A stretch of 64,000 bases of DNA, taken from Nageia nagi (lineage: Eukaryota > Plantae > Pinophyta). A program made the position numbers and the translations under genes. Every line of letters starts with the position of its first letter. The stretch's first letter is position 1. The stretch lies in the NCBI GenBank assembly GCA_050084985.1, contig JBITNC010000001.1:87730001-87794000 (forward strand), written 5' to 3'. Under the pieces are notes generated by a model. The model was given only the letters and a program-made list of their open reading frames with translations, ran no database searches and had not been told where the DNA came from. Positions 24,081 to 38,500 of the stretch are shown here, piece after piece.

Positions 24081-25227
24081 TGTGTGCATAGTTACTTATA
24101 TGCTTGTCTCCAAATTTTACAAAAGGTGTCTATGTTTATCAAATACAAATTATGTTCTTATTGAACTTGATATATTTCTAGTTCATTGTTATATTTGGTA
24201 TATATACACTTGCATATAATAGATAACTTGGTAAAAGTAAAAAATATTTATAATATTTTGGAGATAAAGTGGGAAAATATCAATGGTTATAGATGGCTAT
24301 TTTATAATAAAAGTACTTTGTTATTATAAAAGTATGGCTTTATAACAAAGAAATATGGCTATTTTATCATAAAACTACTTTGTTATTATAAAATGTTTCC
24401 TTTAAAACCAAGAAAAATATTTAATCCCAAAAACATGAGGTACTTGATCGTTATCTAGGGTGCAAATAATAGCCAATTCCTAAATTAAAAATCCCAAATA
24501 TTTTCCTTATTTGTAATAAATCACAATTATGCATAACCCTAGATAAAGATGCAATGAATGTTAAGATACCTAAATTTAGTGGTAGAAATTGATACGATGT
24601 AGTCAAATATTAGTTAAATGAATTAGAAACTTATTTTTCTATGGAAAAATACCTACCTAAGATACAAATTGCATGGATTACTATGCAATATTTTCAAGAC
24701 AATACATTGGAATGGTGGAATAATTTCAATATGGGAAAAGGAATCTACATTGTAAATCTGAAATGGAATGAGTTTGTAAAAGTATTTAACTAAATATATT
24801 ATGTAGATAATTTTAAAGCATTTTCTACATTTAAACAAAGCTTCATGTCTATAAAAGCTTTGTGTCACAAATTTATCAGGATATTGAAATATGTACGAGA
24901 GCATGAAGCTAAAAAATTATCAAATTATAATTTATAAAGAGCATTTTAAGGTATAATAGTTAATCTTAGGGGTAGATCTCATCATGAAAAAAATGATTAA
25001 GTTTTTAAAACTCAATATGATACAAAAATCATATTATTTGTCTCAACAAAATGAAATAAATCAACTCACAAAAACAACCTTAATAAATTATAGTGGGCCA
25101 AAAGAAGGTGATTGATAAGAGTTTAAGACAAGAAATAATCTAAGAGATTTAAGGTGATCTAATGATAAATAAAATAATATATTCAAAGGAATGAAATATT
25201 TTTTGTAATAAGAATAATAGGAGCAAG

Positions 25228-28200
25228 TGCCATAATCCACAAGGTTGCAATCTTGAACCTAATATGAATTTATATGTTAAAGTAGATTTACTTTATGATC
25301 ATTTTACAAAGGTATAATTATGTTTGATTGCCATGATTATTATATGATGGCATATTTATGATTTATTACCATGTTTATTTGATGATGGCATGTTTATGAT
25401 TTATTATCATGTTTATTTTATGATGGTATACTAACGTTGATCACTCAAACATATTACTTGTTACCTTGCATCATTTTGTGAAACATTGGTATTACTAATA
25501 TTCTAGTTGTTTTGCAAGGTAATACTAGGATTCATACATATCCTAAAGGATGAGAACTATAGTAATGAATGATCCATAATTTTGGCATGTTCATGATAAT
25601 TGGGAAAGGAATTTGGTATATTTTTTCTATCTCACACTTTCTATTATTTTATTTTTTCATTACTTACATTACATTGGGAAAACTTGATAATTATAGAAAA
25701 TCATGATAAATAATTACATTACATTGAGGAAAGTGCATGAGTAGATTCATATTTTAATAAAATGACACTCTGCATTGCAATAATATCATTCTAATAAAAA
25801 AAATAGCATACCTTCAACTTCATGGATCACTTTATCACTTGCACATAGAAATTGAATTGCATAAAGGCATGAAAAACTTGGAAACTAATTTAGCCTTACA
25901 TTATCATAAGTGCATAATAATGATAAATTCATCTCTAATAATTGATATGCTTGAATTCATTGCATAGGATCACTTAACAAGTTGCATTAATGAGCATATT
26001 ACATAATAATGGTACTTCTTTATCATATTTGCACACAAGAATTATCACCAACATTTACATAGACATGGAGGGATAGATTTGCAACTACCATTTCCCAAAT
26101 AGTGTTGAAAAATAATAATAATAATTTATTAAAAAATTATGATAGCCTGCATTAATGAATTGCACAGGGGAAATCTATAGCAGTCGTACACTTGTATGAG
26201 AAATAAGAAAAATTGCACACATTGGAAATTCATGGTATATACATGATCTCAAATGTATTTAGCTATATGGATGCATAATTAATCATAGAAATGAGTACAG
26301 TGTCAACTTTTCATATTAAACCTACAAAATCATATCAAATATTAGTAATCAAGAATATAAAAAAATGATATTAGAAAATAAGACATAAATTACCTATCCT
26401 AAATATTAACCTAGACTAAGTGCATAAGCCTATTTGAGACCTAGCTTTGTGACCTAGATAAAATAATCAAACAAAAATAAAAATAAAAATCTAAACTGTG
26501 AGGGAATATAGGAAGTGAGGGAAATCAAATAAAATAATTTTGGCTAAGCCAACATGGTTAATAAGTGGCACAATAAAACTAAAACCTAATAAATGTTGGC
26601 CAGGTGCATTGGTAATAGTGGAGTTGTGAAGAATGTCAAGTGCTAGGAATTTTATTAGAATTTTAGGATTACAAAGGGATTATTTGGAACCTAATCTATA
26701 ACATATCTACACCAAAGACATATATTCATTTATTTTGTAAATCTTATGGTTTATATGTTCAAAATTTACTAGGGATTTCAAAATATTTAAGATATCGAAT
26801 CAATGATGCTCTTGTATGAGGTTAGAGTTTTTATTTTTTGTAGATTTCATATCCATGATGATTCAATTTGGAGTGATCCTATAAAGGAAGGAACCACTTG
26901 ATCATCTGGTACCCTACTATCATGGCATATTATGATTTTTTATCTTGTTGAAAGAGGTATCAAAGTATCCATGATTTTCCAAGAAGATTGAGCATCTTTA
27001 AATCTGAATGCACAATGGATTTTGGGCAACATCTATTGAAAATTAATAAATGAGTATGGTAGTCTTGTTACTAATTTTTTCTTGGCATTTTTCCTTATTT
27101 AGTAACCCTTTTTCTAATACATGGAAACTTTGGATTGGTGGAAAGTTTTATAAATAGGGCTTTGTACTTTGAAATGGATAATGGAGTAGGAGGAGACCTA
27201 GGAAGAGTAAAGGAAGACTAAGAGTTAGTTGAATTCTTCTTCTTGGTAATGAATGGATGAACAATGTATGCTATGGTTGAAATATTACATGGCAATTAGA
27301 ATGTAATTGATGTTTCAAAATTGGTGTTTGCTCACTAAATTTTGTAGCTCAATTTTATTGTAAAATATTAAAAGAAAAAAGTTTAAATTATGTAGAAAAT
27401 TTTTAAGGGTGTTAATGGCTTTTTTGTCTCTATAAGTTTCATAAAAATAAATCAACTTAGGCCTTTTTCCTCTAAATAAATCATGGATTTCTATTTAAAA
27501 TAATTATTAGAGTTTGAAATAATTATTGCCATGAATGTGAAGAAAATTTAGTGGCAAATAGTTCCAATCCATTCATACCATTCTATTGTTATTATTACAT
27601 ATTTTTTTAACTATATGGTAGAGGAATAGAGTCTCCAAGTCTACACCAATTACTAGTGTTTATAGTAAGTAAAATAATTTCCTAAAAATTATAGGTAGTA
27701 TGTTGCATCATTTGTAACTTGTAGCTAATTAGAGAAAATGCTTTGCTAATAAGGATTATTATTTTTACCATTCACAATATTTTTCCTTAGAATATATATA
27801 GGAAGAAGAAATTATGCTTGATGTTGTAAACTATACCTATATAGAATTATTTTTGATTTCAAAGGCATGAATACCTTACTAAAGTTTGATTAAGGATAGG
27901 AATTCTTTCAATAAAATAATTTATAAACTCTATGGTCCTTGAAGTAACCCTAAGGATAGAATACACTTACCTAGAACATAAATCCATAGGATAGAACTAT
28001 ATTGAACTTCTCAATATAATAAAACTATGAATACAATTTACACACATATTTCTAACCAAGTATGTTGATCATATTTGAACAAAAATAATATTTGTATATT
28101 TAGCTACAAATAAATATTTAAAAAAAAACTTTCATGAGTTTTAACGTTTAATGGACAACCCTTAAGCCAAGATTATTTCTCTGAATATATAAATAACTCC

Positions 28201-30542
28201 ATTCCAAAATTTAGAAAACTAATAAGAAATGTATGTATAATCCCAAAACTAAAGATATAATGGGGGTTGTAATATAATTTCATTATTGCATATACACACA
28301 TGGATATTTGTTCATAAACACATACTAAATATGGGATATCTTGCATTATGATTTGAAATTGTAATCATAATTGCACATTGCATGAATAAGAGAGGATTGC
28401 CTCTTACATCATAAGTTGTATACTACCATTTTGTAAAATTAAATATAATAAAATATCATTAAATATTGTTCTTTAAAAAATTAATATGATTCATTCATAT
28501 TTAATTATTAATTTTAGTATATTGAATATGATAAATAAAGTTATGATCCATGGAAGAGATATAGCTGTTACATGCACTAATAGGCATTTTTGTGTCAAAG
28601 TTGACTTTTGGTTGAGTTCATATAAGAAGCGTAAGCACGTATGTGTGTTTTTTGCTATGCATGGACTAAGTTCAAGAGATTAGGGGGAGGAGGGGGGAAT
28701 GGGATGAAGTTGAGATAATGATGATCTAGCTCATTCCATTCATAAGGAGGCTAGTAGGTGGTCATGGAAACAAGATCACTCAACCATTAAGCTCACAAAA
28801 ATGTAGGAATTATTTTATTTCTCTTAATGATTAATTTGTATATTATTTTAGTAGGAATTTAATTTTATATTTTTCAAAGGAATTGTTTTCTATGGACATG
28901 TTTTTTATTAGGATTATGGACAACTTGTATGGAGGGTCCAATTATAGGATTAGAATAGTTACCTACACTTTTGTTACCAATATTTGTGAGACTATGTATA
29001 AAGCTTTAGTTGAATATACTTGTTTGAAGTATTTGATGATAGATATTGATAGAGGATATGCACTACAATTAATTCATGATTTTGTGATATGAAGCTATTA
29101 GTTCCTAAACTTTTAAAGTTTTGGAATCCAACTGAAATCATGTTATAAACTTATGGCAATTAAATTTTCCTTATTCATTTAAAGTTTATGGAAGAATATT
29201 ATGAATACTTGATTACATTGTTGTTAAGAGTATTTCATGATTTTTGGATGAATGAATTATTTATAAGTTTTTAAATTTTGATATGAATGATTTTGTTAAA
29301 TGATATTTTGGAAAGTTGCTATAATATTTGATGCTCACTTATGATAAAACATAAGAAATTATTACTTAAACAATATTATGTATGGTGTTATTATTAAAAT
29401 AGTTGGATACATTCTTGCAAAGCATTGTTGATTTAGTCTAGCATATAAAAGAAACATAATGCATGAATGTTTAAAAACATTAAGGATTTCACATATTCAA
29501 TATTTGATGCTTGTTTCATGACAAACATACATAGCATAAACTTACAACAAAATATGGTAGTGAGGTGATTACTACTATATCAAATAAATATATCATAGAG
29601 AGAGCATGAGGTAAATTCTATTTGAAAGGAAAGGATATATTCCCAATGCATAAACATAATGCATTTTAGGACTTGAAATAAATGTGATAATTAAAAATAT
29701 GTAATAAAAGGGTGAAATTATTTTATGAACCAATATTGATAGTTTTTGACATAAAAAAGCATAATATTGCTAACTTTAAATAAGTTTTAAGATAAGTCTA
29801 ATAATGTTAAAAGAATTTAAATTGGAAAATAAGTTTAAGGTTTGTAGTGTTACTCTAGGATGAGTGTAGTCCTTATGATAACTTCTTAGGGTTAGATATG
29901 TTAACTAAAAACCATAGTCTCCTTTGCTAGAAATAAATTATGCCCCAACATTATGCAATTTAGGTATGGATGGTGTTGTTGTATAACCATGGGGAATGTT
30001 TTTGTAGTCAATTATTTGTTGAATGTAATCACAAATATTGTGAACTATTTTAAAAATGAGGCATTAAGAGTGAAAATAAACTACATCATAAAAGAATAAA
30101 TAAGTAATTCTTGTATATCAAAAAAATAGGTTAAACATGAACAATACCCTAGGTTTATATTTTAGAGAGTGTGTATGTTTGGGATATTAAACCCACCTTC
30201 TTATTGAACATCCAAATAAATTAGATAGTTCTTGCATTCTAAAAATCATAGGGTAAATTCCTAAATGTTAAAACCATGAATGGTTTAGGTCTATCCTCTT
30301 AGCTCAAACAAGCATAAGATTAATATCATGCAACCATCCTATAATGAACTTCACTTCATATAATTTATCTGGTAAGATCATGAGGGGTTCTTTGTAAGGT
30401 GCAATGAATCCAATAGTCTTGTAAGGTCACTAATATGAGGGGCCTTTGTAATGGGTGGATCCAACTAAGGTTTAAAGGGACTAAACTCCAGTAAGATCTA
30501 GCAAGGATCTTTGATATAATGGATTATTCTTAACTAAAGAAA
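25228..30542 (+). repeat. Tekay 5' LTR, part 1
   Basis: TGCCATAATCC start. Colinear with 50629-52890, 56929-57910 and 58810-60770 (~80% by eye). Confidence 0.9.
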
Positions 30543-30739
30543 TGTTAGAAATATATAATGCATTAATCTAATCTCTTAGGTATCTAGATAATTAATAAAT
30601 ATATTAGTAATATTACTAATTTTAGATAATATAATATTTAGGGTTTATAATTAATAGTATTATTATATGGGAATGCTTCTCAAAATTGTATTTAAATCCT
30701 TCATGTTGAATTATGAAATATTTTGGCTTCTTTGCAATA
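30543..30739 (+). repeat. Copia A 5' LTR
   Basis: Direct repeat of 45609-45799, followed by a tRNA-Met PBS. Confidence 0.9.
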
Positions 30740-31107
30740 TGGTATCAAAACTCCATGCCTCTCTTCTTATTTTATGAGTTTGTCTTGAAAATTGTGTTTC
30801 CATTAGTAGGGGATGAATTTGTAGAATATTGAAGAGTTGAAGATCTTTGAAGGCTACCAATAGCTATTATTTGTAAGAGAAAAATCTACATGTAAGACCT
30901 AATTGGCTGTAGTAATCTTCTTTCTTCCTTTGCTAGTTAGAAAGTTATTTATGAGAGTGGAAGGAGATAGATCTACTTGGTCTATCCCTCCCCCCTAATA
31001 TCTATATGTGAGAAACATCTTCCAATAGATAAATCTAGTATAAAATTATGTGAAATATAATTGTGCGAGGAAAAATTATAAGGAGAAAATTATGTTTATG
31101 GTCAAAC

Positions 31108-31815
31108 CACTACTACCAAAAATTTAAGTTTTAAAAATTTAAATTTATCTAGGAATGGGGTTGGTGGTTTAGGTTTTAAAATTTTAAATTTATTTTATAT
31201 TATTTTCCTAAATAATACTGTAAGGTTTTTAATGTTTGTTTATTTTTTGGCTTCTAAGGAGTTTTCTTTTCTACAACTATGGGCTTACTCTCTTTTTTCT
31301 TTTCTTCAACTATGGAGTTTTTTTTTATGGGTTTATTCTCTATGGGCTTCTTGTATACCTCAAGCATCATAGCTATGATCGAAACATGAAAAATAAGGAA
31401 TAAAAAAATTAGCTAAAGTGTATGAAATGTAAGGATTATAGGGAGGTTTCATTGATATATATAGATAGGAGAGGGTATTTGGCTATTGGGTAATCATTTT
31501 TGGTACAGATGAAGGACAAAATGAATGTAAGTCATCAATTGATCAATTGATGAATAAGTAAAACATGTTTTATGTTTATATTAGTGAAATATAATTCAAA
31601 ATTTGTATCAAAATTTGCATCAAAATTTGTATCAAAATTTACATTGAATTTTGTGTCAAATTTTGCATCAAAATTTACATCAAAAAAAGTGAAAAAAATG
31701 GAAAAATAAATAAAATGATGCATGTTGATATAGAAGGATGCAAATTAATATCAATTTTCATTTTTCATATTTTAATATGCAAAAAAGGATGCAAATCAGC
31801 ATTTTGGTAGTAGTA
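31108..31815. mobile_element. Non-autonomous CACTA (En/Spm) element, 708 bp
   Basis: TIRs CACTACTACCAAAA / TTTTGGTAGTAGTA (13/14), 3-bp TSD AAC on both sides, and 12-bp sub-terminal tandem repeats CAAAATTTG(C/T)AT at ~31597-31685. Confidence 0.9.
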
Positions 31816-32059
31816 AACCCCCCTCGCATGATAATCTACAAATTTCATTCCTCATGGATAGTTTACAAACACCCACACTTAACATTGTGACCAACTTGTG
31901 TTATTGTTCATTACTAGTTGCTCCACCTTTGAGGCTTCCCCCTTACCCAAATTGAATATAGAAAACTCCACATAGTATGCCCACCTCTTGTAAAGCATCA
32001 CACCTTCTTGTAGTCCCATGTTCACTTACTATCATCCTTCTCGTCAACCCACAACTATT

Positions 32060-32587
32060 TGTTGGAATGTATAATGCATTATTGTAATGTATCTTAATGT
32101 AATTCACTTAATAGTGAATATGATAATGTAAATTCACTATTACTTAAAATTATCCCTAGATACCTTTTAAGTATTTATGATTATGATAGTATAACATGTC
32201 CTACACTCCATCTCATAAGCATGCCCCTTGGATAAAAGGGTGATGCATGCCATGAAATTGTACAATAGTTAATATGGTGATCTAAGGGAGGATTGTGGCC
32301 TATAAATAGAATACCTCTCCTTGAAATCACTCACTCAAGTTTGTAGCAAAGTTATGCTCTTGTTTAGGTTGTAGGAGAAGTGAGAAAGCAAGTCGTAAGA
32401 GAGTGTTTTTTGAGTAATAAGATCTTAGATTAGTGGATATACTCCTATGGTTGTAGGAACCACTTTACATTAGTATCATATTATGTGAATGATAATTTGA
32501 ATGTATGTTCTTAATGCTTAATGATTTGAAATAGCATTCATGTGATCTTGGGTAATTAGGAATTAGTCTTATAGGTTTGTTCCTTCA
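32060..32587 (+). repeat. Copia B 5' LTR
   Basis: TGTTGGAATG...GTTCCTTCA, with TATAAATA at 32301. Confidence 0.92.
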
Positions 32588-35569
32588 ATTGGTATCTAGA
32601 GCCATACTTGGAGGCTCCTATTCAACATATTTGGAGGTTCATATTTATTTTTGTGAGGTAAAATCAAGTGCGTATAACTTGTTACCCTCTAAATATTTTG
32701 AATACTTCATTATGATACTAACATTTTTTGTGTTGGTTTAATTTTCTTTAGTAAATATTGCTTATAAGGAATAATATATCACTATTATGCAATTATACTA
32801 ACATTTTATTATTACTCTCATTTTTTGAATTTGCCTAAAATAGAAATAATATATTGTTATGAAATTAATATAATAGTATAAATTTTCCAAAAAATAAAAT
32901 ATTATAAACATTTTTTTAAAAAGATAGTAAAAATTACAAACTTTTTTCATTTTTTTTATAATTGTATTATCAAAAAATACATTTGAAATGGACTTTATTT
33001 TTTTATTACACTAAGGGGGGTAAAAGATTTTTTTCTATTTAGTATATTTAAAAAGAGCTTTTTTTTTCAAATTTTTTTTGGGGGGAACTTTAAAAAGAAA
33101 ACAAGAGGTTCTATTCTATTATATATATATATAAACTCTTTTTTAAATAAATAGTATTTTTCAATGGGGGGGAAAGAATAAAAAAATATCAATGGGAACC
33201 TTTTTTAAATATTATATAATTTACATATTCAAATTTTATTTATGCAGCCCTACTGGGTTTGTCAAATACCACCACCTTTGCTAGCTATTGTACCCTCTTT
33301 GGTGGCCTGATCTACACTACCTCCTCTCTTCACTTATCGACCACTAGTTGGTCATCCAAGAAGCAAAAATCTTGGAGGAAAACTTGATTGATATATCATG
33401 ATGAATATAATATTTCAACCCCCTATCCTATTCCTTCCAACCCCATCATCATGGCTAAGGTCTCAAAGGCTCCTACTTACTACACCCTTGGTCAACCTCG
33501 TAATGTTTTCTATTGCATAGTTTGGCCCTAGCCCCTCACACTAGTAGCAGTGCTTTTGATGCATAGTGACTCTAGGTTGTCTACCACCACTAACCTCTCG
33601 CCCACTTCTAAATTATTGTCTCACCCAAATTTGAGGCCTTCGATAATGGATCATCCCCTTTCCCTATGTGTCCATTCACCACTTAGCCCTCCTCTTCACC
33701 CCCTACAGTTAGACCAACTATATGTTTGGGATATTTCCACCAAAATATTATCCACTTGGATGTTGAATACCTACAACATTGTATCCTTCCACCTCATAGT
33801 ATTCCACCTACCTCCCACCCTCCAAACAACCTTTCTTGACCTTGAACCTCCCCCCACCACTAGTCTTTGCTCTACCACCACTACCGAAGAACATCCCTCA
33901 TCACTTCATTGCCCATCCCTTCTAATATCCCCTTTTATTTATTTTTATTTTTTTTTACCCCCCCTACCCTCAAATTTTTTATTATCATTAGGGCTCTCCA
34001 CCATTCATGCAAAATATTTTTTTTGCAAGTTAAATGTTGGTGGCTATCCATACCTTCTCATAAATATTGATAGTCTTAGTAAATAAAAGAGTTTTTTTAT
34101 TCTTTTTTGGCAAGTGTTGGGTAAGTTAATTGTTTAAATTAATTCATCTTGTAATTTTATCTTGCTTAATATGATAACTTAAATGGTATATGGCTCATAA
34201 TTAATGAGCATAGGAAGACTAATGATAAATATTTATGAGGTATGGAGTGCATGCCCCTCTTTTTTTTAGGAGAAATTATTAAAAATAATTAATATTTTTT
34301 TAGAACATAATTTTTTGGAAAAGTATTTATTTTAAGTAAAAAGGGGGGAATTTTTCCTATGAATGCATTTTTACTTAAAATTAGGATTAATTTTTTTCCT
34401 ATTAATGTATTTGAATAAATGATTAATGGATGTGTTTTAAGAATAAATTCATATTTCTTAGAATTGTGAAAATGATCATTTTATTGGATACCTTTTGGGA
34501 ATAAATGTTCACTTTGGATGATTTTTTTTGCTATGGTAAAAATGTGGTAATTTTATTCCTTAGTGTTAAAGAAATGAGGGAGATATTTTTTAAAGTACAA
34601 GGGAATTTCTTTTACTTGGTTCAATTTTTTAAGTAAAAGAGGGAGAATTTTGTTTACTTAAATAATGAACCCATGCAATTTTTGTAAAGAGGTCCTCTTA
34701 AGGTTGGTAGCAAAACCCATTGGACTGTTAGGTTTCACCTTTTGGATGATGTATCATTTTTTTAATCTCTTTGATTTATGTTAAGAAATTTTCATTTATT
34801 TTTACACAAATTACAAATATTGAATGTGCACCCCTAAAATGAATGCATTCGCACATATATTCCATAACATGAATTGTTTGGGGAGCCATGAGGGGAGGAT
34901 AAGGAAGACTGGAGCCTTCAATCTAATGATAAAAATGGTGTAAAATGTATACTTATTAATTTCTCCTAAGTCCTTTATTTCTTTAAATATAAATCCATAT
35001 AGGTGGATAGGCATGAGTGTAGTGATACCATATGTTTGCACATCCATTCAGAGATTATCTTGATAACCTAAGAGGATAACTTAAAACCCCTTCAAGATAA
35101 TAATTTGGACTATCCAACATACATAAAACCCTTGAAAAATAGTTAGTACTACTCCTTGTGAGAGTATATTACTAATGAAGGGGATCTGGTTGAGGATTAG
35201 TAGGACTTGGGCTTCATTTAGGCATCTAGGTGAAGGTCTAATTTTAAATAAGAAAATAAGCCTCAACTTTACCCTCTCTATAATTATGTTACTTGATTAT
35301 GATAAAATGTTGGATGTATGAGATTTATCATTTGATTTAATTTTAACCTTTTTCTCATTTGAAATTGATTAAATAATTTAAGCATGCCTTATTGATTATC
35401 CTTGGTCAAAATTTAACATGTATGTTTGATAAATTCAATATACATGGTTGATTAATTTGAATAAATTCAACATGCATGTTTGATTAATAAACTCAACATG
35501 GTTGATTAATTTGGTTCACAAATTTAACATGCTTAAATTGGCTAACACTTTCACCTTATTTTGTAGCAA

Positions 35570-38500
35570 ATGGTATATTCCTTTTCATCAAAGCACATCC
35601 TAGATGCTTCCAACTACGGTATTTTGGAACCTAGAATGAAAGTAGATCTTGAAGCATGGAAACTATAGAAAATGGTAAATGAGAACTAAGTTGCTCCAAC
35701 ATATTAGAAGGCCCTTGAAGCTTACAACATAAATAATGAGCTATCAACCTTAAAGATCTTTTATGTAGTTTTATATGAATTCCTCATGATATCTTCTTCA
35801 AAATCTACAAAGGAAGCTTGGGACAAGTTGAAAAAAATCTACCTCAGCTCCAAATTCTCTAGTAGGTTAACCATTATTTAAAAATTATTACAATTATTTC
35901 AAGAGGAAAATAAAAGTGTTGCAATATACTTGAACAAGATTATGATCTTAAGACCCAACTTGTTGGTTGTGGTTGTAATTGGATCAATGATGAGTTTATG
36001 GTTTTCATCATCCTTCAAATTATCCCTTCTAAATTTAGTCACTTCATGACAATTATTGATACAAGGATTGATCATGAAGAAGAAGTGTACTCCTTAGAAA
36101 ATATTTCAATGCTTATTCTAAAATACAATGAAAATCTCAACAAAAAGCTATTGATCTCTACTCCTAAGGAGCATCCTATGGTGCTTGGACCAACAAAGAC
36201 ATACTTCAAAAAGTTCCATAATGAAAAGAAATCTTCCTTTGATCTAAAAAGGGACTTCAAGCAAGGTGGAAAAAAAAACATAAAATATCTATGAAAGTCC
36301 AACAAATCTAAATCTAAAGACAAATTTGATGGAAAATGTAATTTTTATGGCATCTATGGTCATAAAGAATTGAATTGTTACAAGAAAAAGAAATAACAAG
36401 GTGGAAAAAGAGCTAAATAATTTAAACAAATTAAAAGGCAAAAAGAAGAATAATAAATTTGCTTTTATTTATTATATTTACTCCAAGTATCATAATTTCA
36501 TGAATGATTGGGTTGTTGACTCAATGTGCACTAATCACATGTATTTTGAGAAGGCTAAGTTTAAAATTTTTTATAAGTATATAAAGGATATAGTTGTGAT
36601 AGGTGATAATTCAATCCTTAAAGCTCAAGGGATTGGGAGTGTGTTAATACATGGAAAGGTAATTTAAATTATGATCTATGTGCTAAAACTCAATATGAAT
36701 GTTCTTTATGTAATTCAAGTTACAAGGAAAGGGTAGTTGTTCGAGTTCAACTCACACTCTTGGTACATTAAGAAGGGACATGCCACTTTAGTGAAATAAT
36801 CAATGAAAGATGATCTCTATATTATGGATCAAGTGCCAACAAAGATGTGCCTTGATACAAATATTTTCTCTAGGGGAAATTTATGGCACCATAGATTAGG
36901 ATACCTTAACCATAAAAGCATTCAAGTTATGAAAAACCAATAACTTGTAGAAAGTTTATCATTGATATCACCCATAATTAGTCTTTGTGAAATGCACATC
37001 TTAGGCAAAATGAATAGGAATTTTTTTTGAGAAAGAAAAGGTAATAATAGGAACACAACTTCAACTTCTGCATTCAGATTTGATGGATCCATTTTAAACT
37101 AATCTCTTTGGAGAGTATCTTATGTCTTAACCTTAATTAATGACTTCAGTACGATGCCATTTGATCATCTACTTGAGCACAAGGATCAAATATTTTATAA
37201 TTTTTAAGATTTCAAATCCTTAGTCGAAAATCATATTGACTTCAAAATTAAGATCTAAGATCTGATAATAGAGGTGAGTATAGTAGAAATGAGTTCAATG
37301 ATTTTTGTGCTAAATATAAAATCAAAAGCTAGTTCATGATCCCTTATACCCCTTAGAAAAATGATGTTGCTAAAAGTAAGAATAGGACCATTCAAGGAAT
37401 GGTTCGATGCATGTTAGGAAATTTTCCTAGTTTATTATAGGATGAAGTAGTAAATACTATGATTTCCACTCTAAATAGGTTCTCTATGAAAGTATTTGAT
37501 GGAAAAATCTTGTATGAGGTATGGAAAGGAAAGAAACCTAACATCGCTCACCTTAGTGTCTTTGGTTGTGATGCTTATGCCTTCATCATTTTTGAGAAGA
37601 GAAAGAATCTAGATAAGAGATCTAAAAAATGCATCTTTATGGGCTATGAAAATTAACATAGAGGCTACAAGCTCTACTCTTCTTCCTCTAGAGAAATGTT
37701 CATCTTGATCTATGTAATGTTTAATGAACTTCCTAAGGAATCTACTTCTTGTGATGACTTGGATGATCTTGATGACTTTTCTATTACACCTAACTAGTTA
37801 TATTTCAATGTAGATAAGTTATCTTAGGATAATGAGAAATATAACCTTAAACACATCCTTATTTACAAAAATTGATAGCAAACATGAGCCCTCATCATTC
37901 AAGGAAGCTTCAAATTAGGAATATTGGATGGAAGCTATGAAATTTGATTATGAGGCTATAAGTAAAAATCAAACTTGGGATTTGGTTCAAGCTATGAAAT
38001 GAATGTAATGTGATTAGAAATAAATGGATATACAAGATCAAATACAATTCAATTTGGAAAATTGAAAAATACAAGGCAAGGTTAGTATCCTCGGGTTTCT
38101 CTTAGAAATACAAAGTTGATTATGAGGAAACATTTACTTCAATGGTAAATATGCCTATATTAGGTTAATCCTTGCTCTATCAATAGCTCAAAGATGAAAA
38201 GTTTTTCAACTTAACATTAAGAATGTTTTTCTTAATGGTGACTTAGATGTGAAGATATACATGAATCAACCAAAAGGTTTTATTGTGGAAGGTAAGGAGT
38301 CCCTTATATGCAAGATATGGACTTAAGCAAGCACCTAGAGCTTGGTGCAAAATGATTTTAAGATATTTTTCAAACATTGGGTTCTCTAAGTGCTTCTCTA
38401 ATTCACATATATATATGCTCAATTAGAGATAAGACTTGGTCTTGATTCTTCTCTATGTGGATGATATTATGATCATAGAAAATAATAATTATATCATCCA

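Larger units (their letters stand above)
23331..24541 (-). mobile_element. Non-autonomous Mutator-like element E2, related to E1 and inverted
   Basis: Termini GGTTAAACATA / TATGCATAACC. Flanks GATAAAAATA (23321-23330) and GATAAAGATG (24542-24551). The reverse complement of 24190-24539 aligns to 22231-22520 (~70%). Confidence 0.55.
22100..25227 (+). pseudogene. gag: Old chromovirus-type gag relic, split by two Mutator-like insertions
   Basis: Joining 22100-22228, 23321-23330 and 24552 onward reads MREEKVKKLLAT*EALIENRR...ENDIGLN|DKN|TMNVKIPKFSGRN in one frame. LNELETYF and TLEWWN follow. Confidence 0.6.

Noticed and set aside
33550-34086. Longest ORF (178 aa, Pro/Ser/Leu-rich) as a gene or env-like ORF
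   Set aside because: It starts at GTG rather than ATG and has no recognisable domain. It is explained by a C-rich low-complexity tract that lacks stops.
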